32,000 nt of DNA from Opitutia bacterium KCR 482 (GTDB lineage Bacteria; Verrucomicrobiota; Verrucomicrobiia; Opitutales; Intestinicryptomonadaceae): contig CP149973.1 in NCBI GenBank assembly GCA_029269845.2, positions 120,001 to 152,000 on the forward strand, given 5' to 3'. Below the pieces are notes generated by a model that saw only the letters and a program-made list of their open reading frames with translations, had not been told where the DNA came from and ran no database searches. The number at the start of each line of letters is the position of its first letter. Position 1 is the stretch's first letter. Positions 1 to 8,000 of the stretch are shown here, in pieces. A program made the translations under genes and the position numbers.

Positions 1-402
1 ATGGTCGAACGCGCAAACCGCCCGATTCACATGAGCGAAATCACAATCAGTGCGCCCGATAATACCGAACGCGGAAAAATGATACAGGCTATCATTACGC
101 GCAACCTGTATAGAATGTGGTTTAGCCGGAAGTCGGTGGTCGGAATAACGTGGTGGAACGTCGTTGACGATTGCGGCGCACCGGGCGAACCGTCGATTTC
201 GGGTCTTTTCACCCGCGAGATGAACCCGAAACCCGCATACTACGCGCTATCGGAACTTGTGGAAAATGAGTGGCGAACGAATTTGGAAGCCGAGCCGAAC
301 GAAAACGGCGAAATAAAATTCAGGGGCTTCAAGGGGAAATACAGAGTGTCGTGGACGACCGAAAAGGGAGAGGAAAAATCCGCCTTCATCACGGTAAAAT
401 AG
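1..402 (+). CDS. glycoside hydrolase family 10-like (xylanase-type) protein, C-terminal fragment; 5' end probably lies outside the window
   Basis: The ORF runs from the window edge to TAG at 400-402. 'IHMSEITIS' resembles the GH10 nucleophile block (ITELDI type). 'GITWWNVVD...GLFTREMNPKPAYYAL' resembles the GH10 C-terminal block. The family call is by eye only. Confidence 0.55.
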   Translation: MVERANRPIHMSEITISAPDNTERGKMIQAIITRNLYRMWFSRKSVVGITWWNVVDDCGAPGEPSISGLFTREMNPKPAYYALSELVENEWRTNLEAEPNENGEIKFRGFKGKYRVSWTTEKGEEKSAFITVK

Positions 403-421
403 GGCGGCGGAACGCAGACTC

Positions 422-1420
422 TTAGTTGAAAAAATAGCGGGCTTCAAGCCTCTCAATGCCGTGCATGTTGACATAGCGCGAACGCAAAAGCGCGATGTCT
501 GCATGCCCCATGTTCAGCTGTAAACGCGGCAGGTCGGAATAACGTTTGGCGTGGAAACTGGCGTAGGTGTGGCGGAGCACGTCGCAAACCCAGAGCTTGC
601 GGAATCCCGAAATGTCGCGGATTCTGCGCCAGCGGCGCACCCAGCCCGTCGGGCAGATTTTAGACTCCTCCGATTCGGGGCATACCGCATTCAAGAGCCT
701 GTTCAGGACGGGCGGAATTTCGACCTGCCGCACCCCGCCTGTCTTTGAGCATTGCGAACGCACGGTTATGACGTTTTCGGAGGTATCGATGTCGCGCCAG
801 AGCAGGCGGCGCACTTCGCGCGGGCGGATTCCCGTGTAAATGAGAATCGCGGCGGCGACGGCGCATTGCGGACTTTCCTTGCGGGCGTTTTTTATCAGAC
901 GCCTTATCTGGAAAAGTTTTAGCGGAACAATCTCCCTTTCAACTACCTTGCGGCGTTCGATGTGCTTGATGGGGTTGACGTCGCACCAGTCGCGGCGGAT
1001 TGCAAATTCGAACAAAGCGTGCAACATTGCCCGTCCTTTGTTTTGCTGGGGAAGGGTTGAGAACGCGGAATTGAGCCAAGTTTCGCACTCTAACACCGTA
1101 AGCTCCGAAAAATTGCGCTTGGAAAGTTCGGGATTCGCGCGTAAAAGACGGTTGCCGATGCAGCGGATGTCGCGAATAGAGTCGTGCCGCAAGTGCTGCT
1201 TGCTCTGATAGTAAATGGCGAACCCCTCCTCAAACGACATCTCCGTCGAGCGCATGTGCCGCACTCCGTTTTCGATTACCTTGCTTATGAACTGGGCGTC
1301 GGTCAACTTCGAGCCAGCAGGCTTTGCGTCTAAAATGTTGCGGATAAAACGCGCACAATCAATAGCCGAAACCTCGACATGCCCTAAAACGTCCGAAATA
1401 GAATTGAGTATAGTGTCCAT
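422..1420 (-). CDS. tyrosine-type site-specific recombinase / integrase
   Basis: Catalytic blocks are present: 'YTGIRPREVRRLLWRDID' (Arg), 'VLRHTYASF' (H-x-x-R) and 'MGHADIALLRSRYVNM' (His and Tyr nucleophile). I placed the start at ATG 1420 (MDTILNS...). The ORF stays open to 1513, but that extension has no protein-like character. Confidence 0.85.
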   Translation of the reverse strand: MDTILNSISDVLGHVEVSAIDCARFIRNILDAKPAGSKLTDAQFISKVIENGVRHMRSTEMSFEEGFAIYYQSKQHLRHDSIRDIRCIGNRLLRANPELSKRNFSELTVLECETWLNSAFSTLPQQNKGRAMLHALFEFAIRRDWCDVNPIKHIERRKVVEREIVPLKLFQIRRLIKNARKESPQCAVAAAILIYTGIRPREVRRLLWRDIDTSENVITVRSQCSKTGGVRQVEIPPVLNRLLNAVCPESEESKICPTGWVRRWRRIRDISGFRKLWVCDVLRHTYASFHAKRYSDLPRLQLNMGHADIALLRSRYVNMHGIERLEARYFFN

Positions 1421-1427
1421 CGTATTT

Positions 1428-1456
1428 AAAATACGAGTGTCAAATCTAAATTGCAA
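1428..1456 (-). promoter_or_regulatory. candidate sigma70-like promoter for the integrase (TTGCAA-N17-TATTTT), -10 inside the left inverted repeat
   Basis: On the minus strand, TTGCAA lies at 1456-1451, followed by a 17-nt spacer and TATTTT at 1433-1428. The ATG at 1420 would make the mRNA nearly leaderless. This rests on pattern match only. Confidence 0.3.
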
Positions 1457-1577
1457 AAAAACTTTTGAAGTATTTGAAAAACGGCGATTAGACGCGGTTT
1501 TTGTTCCGCACATATTGTAGTATTCCGCCGTCCCGCCGCCGAAAACCGATTTCTTTTAAATTTTGCGAATCAATGTA

Positions 1578-1607
1578 TTGTAATCAAATCAATGTATGTC
1601 GTATTTT
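1578..1607 (+). promoter_or_regulatory. candidate sigma70-like promoter for the 1643 ORF and pentapeptide gene (TTGTAA-N18-TATTTT), -10 inside the right inverted repeat
   Basis: TTGTAA lies at 1578-1583, followed by an 18-nt spacer and TATTTT at 1602-1607. It mirrors the integrase-side promoter. This rests on pattern match only. Confidence 0.3.
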
Positions 1608-1642
1608 AAATACGATAGTCATTTTTCAGTTTTTTTACTCCT

Positions 1643-2404
1643 ATGGACTACGAAAAATTTATAGAGGAAATTCGAAAGATGCTTTCCGAGTATTCGGGAA
1701 ACAAGTTGCTTGTACCCACATTAGGCGGAAAGTCTTTGTTCTTGGTTTGTATATCCGAGGGCAAACTTAAAATTGTTAATAAGGAGTGTAAGCCGTATTC
1801 ATTCAGGGCTGACGAATACGAGGCTATAAAACAAAGGTTTGTTGAATCGCCAGTTTTTGCGTCGTTGAAGACGTGCAATTATACAAATACAAAGGGCAGC
1901 AGCGCGCGTTGCATAGGCTGGCGCGCCGAGAACGGCAATGGAAACGAAATATACTGGGGATACCTGCCCGCGGTTTTTCGCGAGCTTTACGCGCGTGAAG
2001 GAGTCTGCGTGGGAAATACCCCAAACTATCAGTCGGCGGATATGCGCTCATATGTTCCTGCCGATTGGAACGCCTTTGTCCGCACGGTAGATGTATGTAA
2101 AATATTGGAGTCTATTTCATATAACTCGTATAAGTTTAATATAACCGTCAGCGCACAGACTTTCGCGTCAGCTAAAAACGAAGTGCTGAAACTTTTGACC
2201 GGCGGTACTTGGCATGCCATCTGCAACCTTTGGAACGATGCCTTGTGCACAATAGGAGACGAAGTTTTGCGCTATGTGATTTTGTTTATTATGGGAGAAA
2301 TGAGGGAAATAATTGTCGAGAAATTAAAAAAGTGGCGAACCCAAAGAAAAATAAACAAACACCCGAGCCGCAACTGCAATAACTGCGATAAAGCATCAAA
2401 ATAG
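1643..2404 (+). CDS. hypothetical protein (253 aa, no signal peptide, no family recognised)
   Basis: It is the longest ORF in an AT-rich stretch (row 2101-2160 is 21/60 GC), where long spurious ORFs are unlikely. It ends 4 nt before the pentapeptide gene start. The C-terminal tail is basic (KLKKWRTQRKINKHPSR). Confidence 0.55.
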   Translation: MDYEKFIEEIRKMLSEYSGNKLLVPTLGGKSLFLVCISEGKLKIVNKECKPYSFRADEYEAIKQRFVESPVFASLKTCNYTNTKGSSARCIGWRAENGNGNEIYWGYLPAVFRELYAREGVCVGNTPNYQSADMRSYVPADWNAFVRTVDVCKILESISYNSYKFNITVSAQTFASAKNEVLKLLTGGTWHAICNLWNDALCTIGDEVLRYVILFIMGEMREIIVEKLKKWRTQRKINKHPSRNCNNCDKASK

Positions 2405-2769
2405 GACTATGTTTATGAAAAAATATCTAATTACACTTTCCCTCTTTGCCGCCGCCGCGGCATTTGCCGACAACGACGTACACACAGGCGAACTTAGCGG
2501 CGATTATTGGAAAGAAAGCCACGTGGACTCCATTTGGCGCAATACTTACGTTAAAAATGGATCGAGTGTTATATTTTCTCATTATGACAGTGAAACTGAT
2601 TATACGAGAGCGGATTTTACAAATGCAAATTTAAGTTCGGCAGGCTTTGAAAGAGCAACATTAGCGGGTACAAATTTCCACAATGCTAACCTAACTGATG
2701 CAAATTTTTTGGTTTGCGACGTTGACAAATGCAGACTTTGCCGATGCAAATTTAACTAATGCTAAATTT

Positions 2770-3330
2770 ACTGATGCGGCAGTAAATGGAGCTAATTTAT
2801 CGAATACCGTAGCCAAAGGTTTTACAGAAAGCCAGTTGAAATCAACGAAGAGCTATCAAGACAAAGACCTAAGTGGAATAAAGCTTGGTTCAAACGATTT
2901 GAGTGGCTGGGATTTTAACGGGCAAAATCTGACTAATGCAAACTTTACCGATGCGATAGTAAACGGAGCTAATTTTAGGAATACTGTGTCCAACGGCTTT
3001 ACAGAAAGCCAGCTGAAATCAACGAAGAGCTATCAAGATAAAGACCTAAGTGGAATAATCCTCACTTCAAACGATTTGAGCGGCTGGGATTTTAACGGTC
3101 AGAACCTAACTAATACAAACTTTGGTTGGTCGACGTTGACTAATACAGACTTTAGCAATGCGACAGTAAAAGGAGCTAATTTTTCGGATACCGTGTCCCA
3201 AGGTTTTACGGAAGCGCAGTTGAAATCAACGAAGAGCTACCAAGATAAAGACTTAAGCGGAATAGATCTTAGTTATAACGATTTGAGTGGCTGGGATTTT
3301 AATGGGCAAAATCTGACAAACGCAAAGTTT
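2770..3330 (+). repeat. tandem in-frame coding repeat, 177-bp (59-codon) units
   Basis: The units are 2770-2946, 2947-3123 and 3154-3330, with a 30-bp insert at 3124-3153. My hand alignment of units 1 and 2 gives 25 mismatches in 177 nt. More diverged copies of the same module continue to about 4900. Confidence 0.85.
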
Positions 3331-5452
3331 ACCGACGCGACAGTAAACGGAGCTGATTTTTCGAATGCCAAAGGTACAGAAGTCGGCAAAGCATGGCATG
3401 ACGAATATTATCCTTTCGAACAACGACTTTTCGGCTGCTGCTTGGAGTTTCGACGGCGCGGACTTGACGAATACAAAGCTTGAAAACAGTGAGCTTAGCA
3501 ATGTGAATTTCAGCGGCGCAACGTTGGCTAATACAAGTTTTACCGATGCGACAGTAAAAGGAGCTAATTTTAGTTCAAGTGGTATTACAGAAATCCAGCT
3601 GGAATCGACGAAGAGCTATAAAGACAAAGACCTAAGTGGAATAAAGCTTGGTTCAAACAATTTGGAAAATTGGGATTTTAACGGTCAAAACCTAAGTGGT
3701 GCAAGCTTTGAGAATGTGACTTTTGGCGGCACAGATTTCACAAATGCCGACACAACCAACGCCAACTTCTCAAAGACTGCCGGCAAGGGCTTCACCGAAT
3801 CGCAGTTGCAATCGACAAAGAGTTTTGCTGACAAAAATCTTTCTGGAATCAACTTCTCCGAAAACGATTTGAGCGGCTGGAATTTTGCGGGCTTGAACCT
3901 TTCGAATGTATTGTTCAAAAACGCGACGCTTGATGGCCTCGATATATCCGCCGCGAACCTTACCAACACGACGGCGGGCGGTCTCACAAAAGAGCAGTTT
4001 TACGCAACGAAGAACTACAAAGACGGCGACCTTTCGGGCATCGATTTCTCGCAAAATGACCTTTCAAATTGGAATTTTGCTGGCAAGGATTTGAGCAACT
4101 CGAAGTTCGCCTCCGCCAAGCTCGAAGATTCCGAGATCAGCGGCGCGAACCTCACGAACGTGGCGATAAAAGACCAGATTTCTTCGACCAAAAGCTACAA
4201 GGACAAGAACTTTGCGGGTACAAACTTCACGAACGTCGACCTGAGCGGCGTAGATTTGCAGGGGCAGGATTTCACTAACGCAATTCTCGCAAGCGCGGAT
4301 TTTTCGAATGCGGAAATCGGCAGCGCGAACTTTTCAAACACCATTGCCAACGGTTTCACCGAATCGCAATTCGCTTCCACGAAGAACTATGCCGACGGCA
4401 ATTTGCAGGGTGTAATTCTTGCGGGGAACAACCTCTCCGGCTGGAATTTCGCCGAAAAGGATTTGTCTGGCGCGGGCTTTGAAAATGCCGACATCACCAA
4501 CGCCGACTTCGCAAGCGCAAACCTCTCGAACACGACTTTGAACGGCTTGACATTCGCGCAATTCGAGAAAACTTCGACGTACAAAAACGACAAGCTCGGC
4601 GGTTTGAATCTTTCAAACAACGACCTTTCGGGCTGGAATTTCGCCGAGAAGAACTTGCTTGGCACGAATTTTACCGACTCGAAAATCGCCGGCGCCGACT
4701 TGACTGCCGTAACATATTACGGCTTCGACAAAGCCCAGCTCTACGCTACGGCAAGCTATAAAAACGGCGACCTATCCAACACGAATCTTTCCGACAATGA
4801 TTTCAGCGGATGGAGCTTTAAAAAACAAAATCTGCAAAACGCCGACCTCACTCTCGCGGTTCTCGACGACACCGACTTTTCGGGCGCGGATCTGCGCGGC
4901 GCAAGTTTCGACAAGAAGCCCGACGGTTCGCCGATTTACAAGAACACGATAATGAGCGACGGCGTAATCAAAAACTTTTCGATGGCTTCCGCCGCGGAAA
5001 GTTTTTCAATCCGCAAGTATGTTTCGTCCGCGCGTTCCTCCGCGATTTTCGCGAAGATTTCGGAAAGCGACGCGACAATTTCGGGCGGCGCAAAGCTTAC
5101 GCTCGACCAGGGCGCGGCGTTCGAAATTACAAACGGCAAAACTCTGACGCTTGCTTCCGACGGTCAACTTCTCATAAACACCGATTCCGCAGGGTCGACG
5201 ATTTTCAAGGTTGACGCAAATTCGGGCTTGGTTTTTGAAGACGGCGCGATTCTTACCGTAAACATTGTGGACGACATCACGACACGCGACGCTTTCACGA
5301 TTGCGCTGATTTCGTTTGAAGACGATTCCCTTATTTCGGGTTTTAACAACTTCGTAAAAGACGAATCTCTGATTCTTACTATAAACGGCGAAAAATACGA
5401 CGGCGCGTGGGACTACATCGTTAAAGGAAGCGGGTTGTACATTTCCGTAAAC

Positions 5453-5527
5453 GTTCCCGAACCCGCGACGTATGCGGCGGTATTCGGCGCGATTGCCTTG
5501 GCGTTTGCCGCGTGGCGCAGGCGCGGG
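5453..5527 (+). other. PEP-CTERM sorting signal (VPEP motif, hydrophobic helix, RRR)
   Basis: The encoded sequence is V-P-E-P-ATYAAVFGAIALAFAAW-RRRG at the extreme C-terminus. This is the canonical tripartite exosortase recognition signal. Confidence 0.8.
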
Positions 5528-5553
5528 TAGGGCGCGTTGTCTTGAAATTGAAA

Positions 5554-5582
5554 GCCGTCGCGGGGAACGCGGCGGCTTTTTT
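5554..5582 (+). terminator. rho-independent terminator after the pentapeptide gene
   Basis: A 9-bp stem (GCCGTCGCG at 5554-5562 pairing with CGCGGCGGC at 5568-5576, one G.U pair) has a 5-nt loop and is followed by T6 at 5577-5582. Confidence 0.7.
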
Positions 5583-5590
5583 ATGGGCGC

Positions 5591-5617
5591 AAAAAATGCG
5601 GCAACAGCTGTTGCCGC
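5591..5617 (-). terminator. rho-independent terminator after the VOC-family gene
   Basis: GCGGCAACAGCTGTTGCCGC (5598-5617) is a perfect 20-nt palindrome. On the minus strand it is followed by A then T6 (the complement of 5591-5597). Confidence 0.65.
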
Positions 5618-5638
5618 GTTGCGGTTTGCTATTTTTAG

Positions 5639-5956
5639 TTAGAACTTTTGCAGGAGTTCTATGCCGATTCCGTCTTCTTCGACGAATGCCGCCTTGATGT
5701 GCGGGAACGGCTCGAACGGCGGCACAAGCACCTTTTTTGCCGCCTTCAATTCCGCGTCGAGGTCGTCCACAAAGTAGGCTATATGTGTCCGCTTTTGTAT
5801 GACTTCCGGCATCGGGCAACCTTCCTCGAAATACAGAAATTCAAGGTTGTTTTTTGTGTCGGCGGGGTCGCTAACGTAAAGTTTCGCCCCCGCAAGATAT
5901 GTGCCTTTTTCGGGCACGCGGTCGGTCGGTATACCGATATGTGCGATTGTTCTCAT
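5639..5956 (-). CDS. VOC (glyoxalase/bleomycin-resistance/dioxygenase) family protein
   Basis: 'IAHIGIPT...HIAYFVDDLD...IELLQ' has the size and pattern typical of small VOC-fold proteins. I placed the start at ATG 5956 (MRTIAHIG); the ORF stays open to 5992. Confidence 0.6.
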   Translation of the reverse strand: MRTIAHIGIPTDRVPEKGTYLAGAKLYVSDPADTKNNLEFLYFEEGCPMPEVIQKRTHIAYFVDDLDAELKAAKKVLVPPFEPFPHIKAAFVEEDGIGIELLQKF

Positions 5957-5999
5957 GTCTCTTATGAAACGTCTGCGCGGTGTTTCGCGCAAGCAATTT

Positions 6000-6995
6000 T
6001 TACGGAAAAATGCGTTTCAGTTGGTCTTTGAGTTCGTTGCGGATTACTATATTTCCCTTTTTATCGAACTCCACCATTCTGCGGCACTTGCGTTTCAGCT
6101 CGGCGGGGTTATATTTGACTATTTCAACGTCCCCCTCTCTCGCTCCCGCCCGCGGATTTTTTATGCGCTCGAATTTTGTCGGCATTCCGAACCATGTGAA
6201 CGAGATATCCCAGCCGCATTTTTCGCCGTCGTTCGACACCAGTTTTGGATATTTTTTTACAAAATCGGGCGTTCGGCGTGTATAGATTCTTACGACGATC
6301 GCCACGGGCAGCGAGAGTATATGTCCTTTGAAGCCGTCGTCGATTTGTCCGTCTCTTGCCTTTGTGTAGAAGTCGAGCGGGTCGAAGCCCACGAGGTTGA
6401 TTCCGTTATAGTTGCCGAAAAAGTTTTTCTCCTTAAAGCGTTTCGATTCGGTATACCACTTGTCGAATCTGTCGCTGAGCATGAGTCCGATTTCGAAGTG
6501 CAGGTGCGCCTGCGGGCGGGCGATGCTGTATCTTGCGCTGCGCCCCATTTGTCCGAGTCTTGCGCCAGCCTTGACTTGCGAGCCTATCGAAATATTCGGG
6601 TCTATTGCCGACATATGCGCGTAGAGTGTGTAGACTTCGACGTCGCACTGCGGGTGGATTAGCACGACGTATCTGCCGTAGCCGCTGTTGCCCGCGAGCT
6701 TATTGACCATTGCGACTTTCCCGTCCATTGCCGCGTAGATGTCGTCGAGCGGTTCGCCTTTTCTGTTGCGCTTGGTGGGTTTGATGTCGATTGCCTCGTG
6801 GAATCGGTAGCCGTTGTTGCGCACGTCGCCGAAGCCGCCGCTTGCGGGGTTGCCGCTGACTGTCGGTTGGAGAAACTCGGCGGGCGGTTTGCCTTGCGCG
6901 AAATCTTTTGAGGGGGTCGGCCAGCGGATATCGGCGTTTGCGGTAGCGAGGGCGGCGGCGGCCAGAATCGACAGCAGGAATTTTTTTGCGGGCAT
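6000..6995 (-). CDS. M23 family metallopeptidase, secreted
   Basis: It has a signal peptide (MPAKKFLLSILAAAALATANA), the HxxxD motif in 'FHEAIDI' and the HxH motif in 'AHLHFEIG'. Confidence 0.85.
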   Translation of the reverse strand: MPAKKFLLSILAAAALATANADIRWPTPSKDFAQGKPPAEFLQPTVSGNPASGGFGDVRNNGYRFHEAIDIKPTKRNRKGEPLDDIYAAMDGKVAMVNKLAGNSGYGRYVVLIHPQCDVEVYTLYAHMSAIDPNISIGSQVKAGARLGQMGRSARYSIARPQAHLHFEIGLMLSDRFDKWYTESKRFKEKNFFGNYNGINLVGFDPLDFYTKARDGQIDDGFKGHILSLPVAIVVRIYTRRTPDFVKKYPKLVSNDGEKCGWDISFTWFGMPTKFERIKNPRAGAREGDVEIVKYNPAELKRKCRRMVEFDKKGNIVIRNELKDQLKRIFP

Positions 6996-6997
6996 GG

Positions 6998-7501
6998 CTA
7001 ATCGTTGATTTTGTGGGCGATTTCTATCGACTCGTTCAGGTCTTCGGCGGTCTTGTCGATTTTCGCGCCATTGGGGGCGTCGAAGACCATGAATATCTTT
7101 CCGTCGGCGATAGCCATGTCGATGCGGCGCAGGGCGAAGGGTTCGCCGTTGATTTTAGCCACGATGAAGTTGTTGAGGTTTGCGGCGGTTGCGGTGAAGA
7201 GGCGTTTTGTGCCGCGTTCGTTTGCGGTGAAGTAAAGCCCGTCGAGCGAGCCGCCTTCGGGGAGGTTCACTTTTGCGACGTCCACGCGCATGAGGTCGTT
7301 GTTATACATGAACGGCTCTTTGTTGCAGACGAGCGTGAAGCCCGAAGTGGGCATGAGCAGCGGCTCTCGCGCGAACGATGTCGGCATTGTTTCCGACGTT
7401 GCGACGTGGAAAGTTACGAGGTTTTTGATTTCGTTGCCCGCGCAGCCCGCGAGTGTTGCGAGCGCGGCGAGTGCCGCGAAAATTTTTGCGATTTTCATCA
7501 T
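6998..7501 (-). CDS. hypothetical lipoprotein
   Basis: MMKIAKIFAALAALATLAGC carries a lipobox (LAGC). Its stop codon lies 2 nt before the M23 start. Its start overlaps the upstream stop codon as ATGA. Confidence 0.7.
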   Translation of the reverse strand: MMKIAKIFAALAALATLAGCAGNEIKNLVTFHVATSETMPTSFAREPLLMPTSGFTLVCNKEPFMYNNDLMRVDVAKVNLPEGGSLDGLYFTANERGTKRLFTATAANLNNFIVAKINGEPFALRRIDMAIADGKIFMVFDAPNGAKIDKTAEDLNESIEIAHKIND

Positions 7502-7998
7502 ATGATAATGCTTCCGAGCTGGTTTTGGATTTTAAACACCAAGTCTTCGTCCAGATTTTTTTGCGGGACGAGAAATTCGCGTTTGGTAGACGGTTGGACG
7601 TATTTCTGGAATCCCCCCGCGGGGCGTCCGACCGCCCGCAGAATGCGTTTGCGTTCGAGGAGTAGGGCGAGCATTTGTTTTACGACGTCCGCTTCCTCTG
7701 TCTCGATTTGCGTGTCGGCGTCGAAGAGCGACACGAAGAAGTCTTCCGAGCTTTCGAGCGACATTCTTCGGGCGGCGCGTTCGTCGGCTTCGGGGTGTTC
7801 CGAGACCACGCGCTCCCATTTGCCGAGAATGCGTCCGCGCAGTTTGGAGTCGTCAAATTCGTCCTTGTGGCAGTCCATGCGGTCGAGCTGTCCGAGTTCG
7901 TTGACGTAGACGGCGCAGACGACGGTGTCGCCCGCCCTGATTTCGCGGTCAGAGAGGGCGGACTTTTTCGAAAGCGGTTTTATCTGCCAGTCGAGCAC
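7498..7998 (-). CDS. hypothetical acidic cytoplasmic protein (166 aa)
   Basis: A GTG start at 7998 lies 2 nt after the cstA stop codon (TAA at 8001-8003). The stop TGA at 7498-7500 overlaps the next ATG. Translational coupling on both sides supports a real gene. No family was recognised. Confidence 0.6.
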   Translation of the reverse strand: MLDWQIKPLSKKSALSDREIRAGDTVVCAVYVNELGQLDRMDCHKDEFDDSKLRGRILGKWERVVSEHPEADERAARRMSLESSEDFFVSLFDADTQIETEEADVVKQMLALLLERKRILRAVGRPAGGFQKYVQPSTKREFLVPQKNLDEDLVFKIQNQLGSIII

Positions 7999-8000
7999 GG

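Larger units (their letters stand above)
1419..1616. repeat. pair of perfect 18-bp inverted repeats (1419-1436 and 1599-1616) enclosing a 162-bp AT-rich segment
   Basis: atcgtatttaaaatacga (1419-1436) is the exact reverse complement of tcgtattttaaatacgat (1599-1616). The flanking bases 1418/1617 and 1437/1598 do not pair, so the repeat is exactly 18 bp. The left copy overlaps the integrase ATG (1418-1420) by 2 nt. An internal 11-bp direct repeat, aatcaatgtat, sits at 1568-1578 and 1587-1597. Confidence 0.9.
2409..5530 (+). pseudogene. pentapeptide-repeat PEP-CTERM surface protein (~1040 codons) with the reading frame broken twice (or two sequencing/assembly errors)
   Basis: Three overlapping ORFs (2409-2759, 2698-3483, 3365-5530), each shifted +1, encode one continuous array of A(D/N)LxX-type pentapeptide turns. 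The N-terminus is a signal peptide (MFMKKYLITLSLFAAAAAFA). The C-terminus, VPEPATYAAVFGAIALAFAAWRRRG, is a PEP-CTERM anchor. The downstream pieces lack any signal peptide, so they are not credible as independent genes. Confidence 0.75.

Noticed and set aside
2770-3330. The regular tandem repeats could be mistaken for a CRISPR array or for a DGR template/variable repeat pair.
   Set aside because: The units are 177 bp, contiguous with no spacers, in-frame, and encode the pentapeptide module. Differences between units are not adenine-specific, and no reverse transcriptase or cas gene is present in the window.
3365-5530. Treating the third ORF (start at 3365, or Met at 3398) as an independent PEP-CTERM gene.
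   Set aside because: It would lack a signal peptide, which a PEP-CTERM protein requires. Its 5' end overlaps and continues the repeat register of the upstream frame. A single disrupted gene is the more economical reading.
422-5530. Considered calling the integrase plus the AT-rich genes a defined integrated mobile element or prophage remnant.
   Set aside because: I could not find flanking direct repeats (att sites), a tRNA target, or excisionase, replication or phage genes. The integrase itself has core-like GC content. Only the compositional island and the IR pair are reported.
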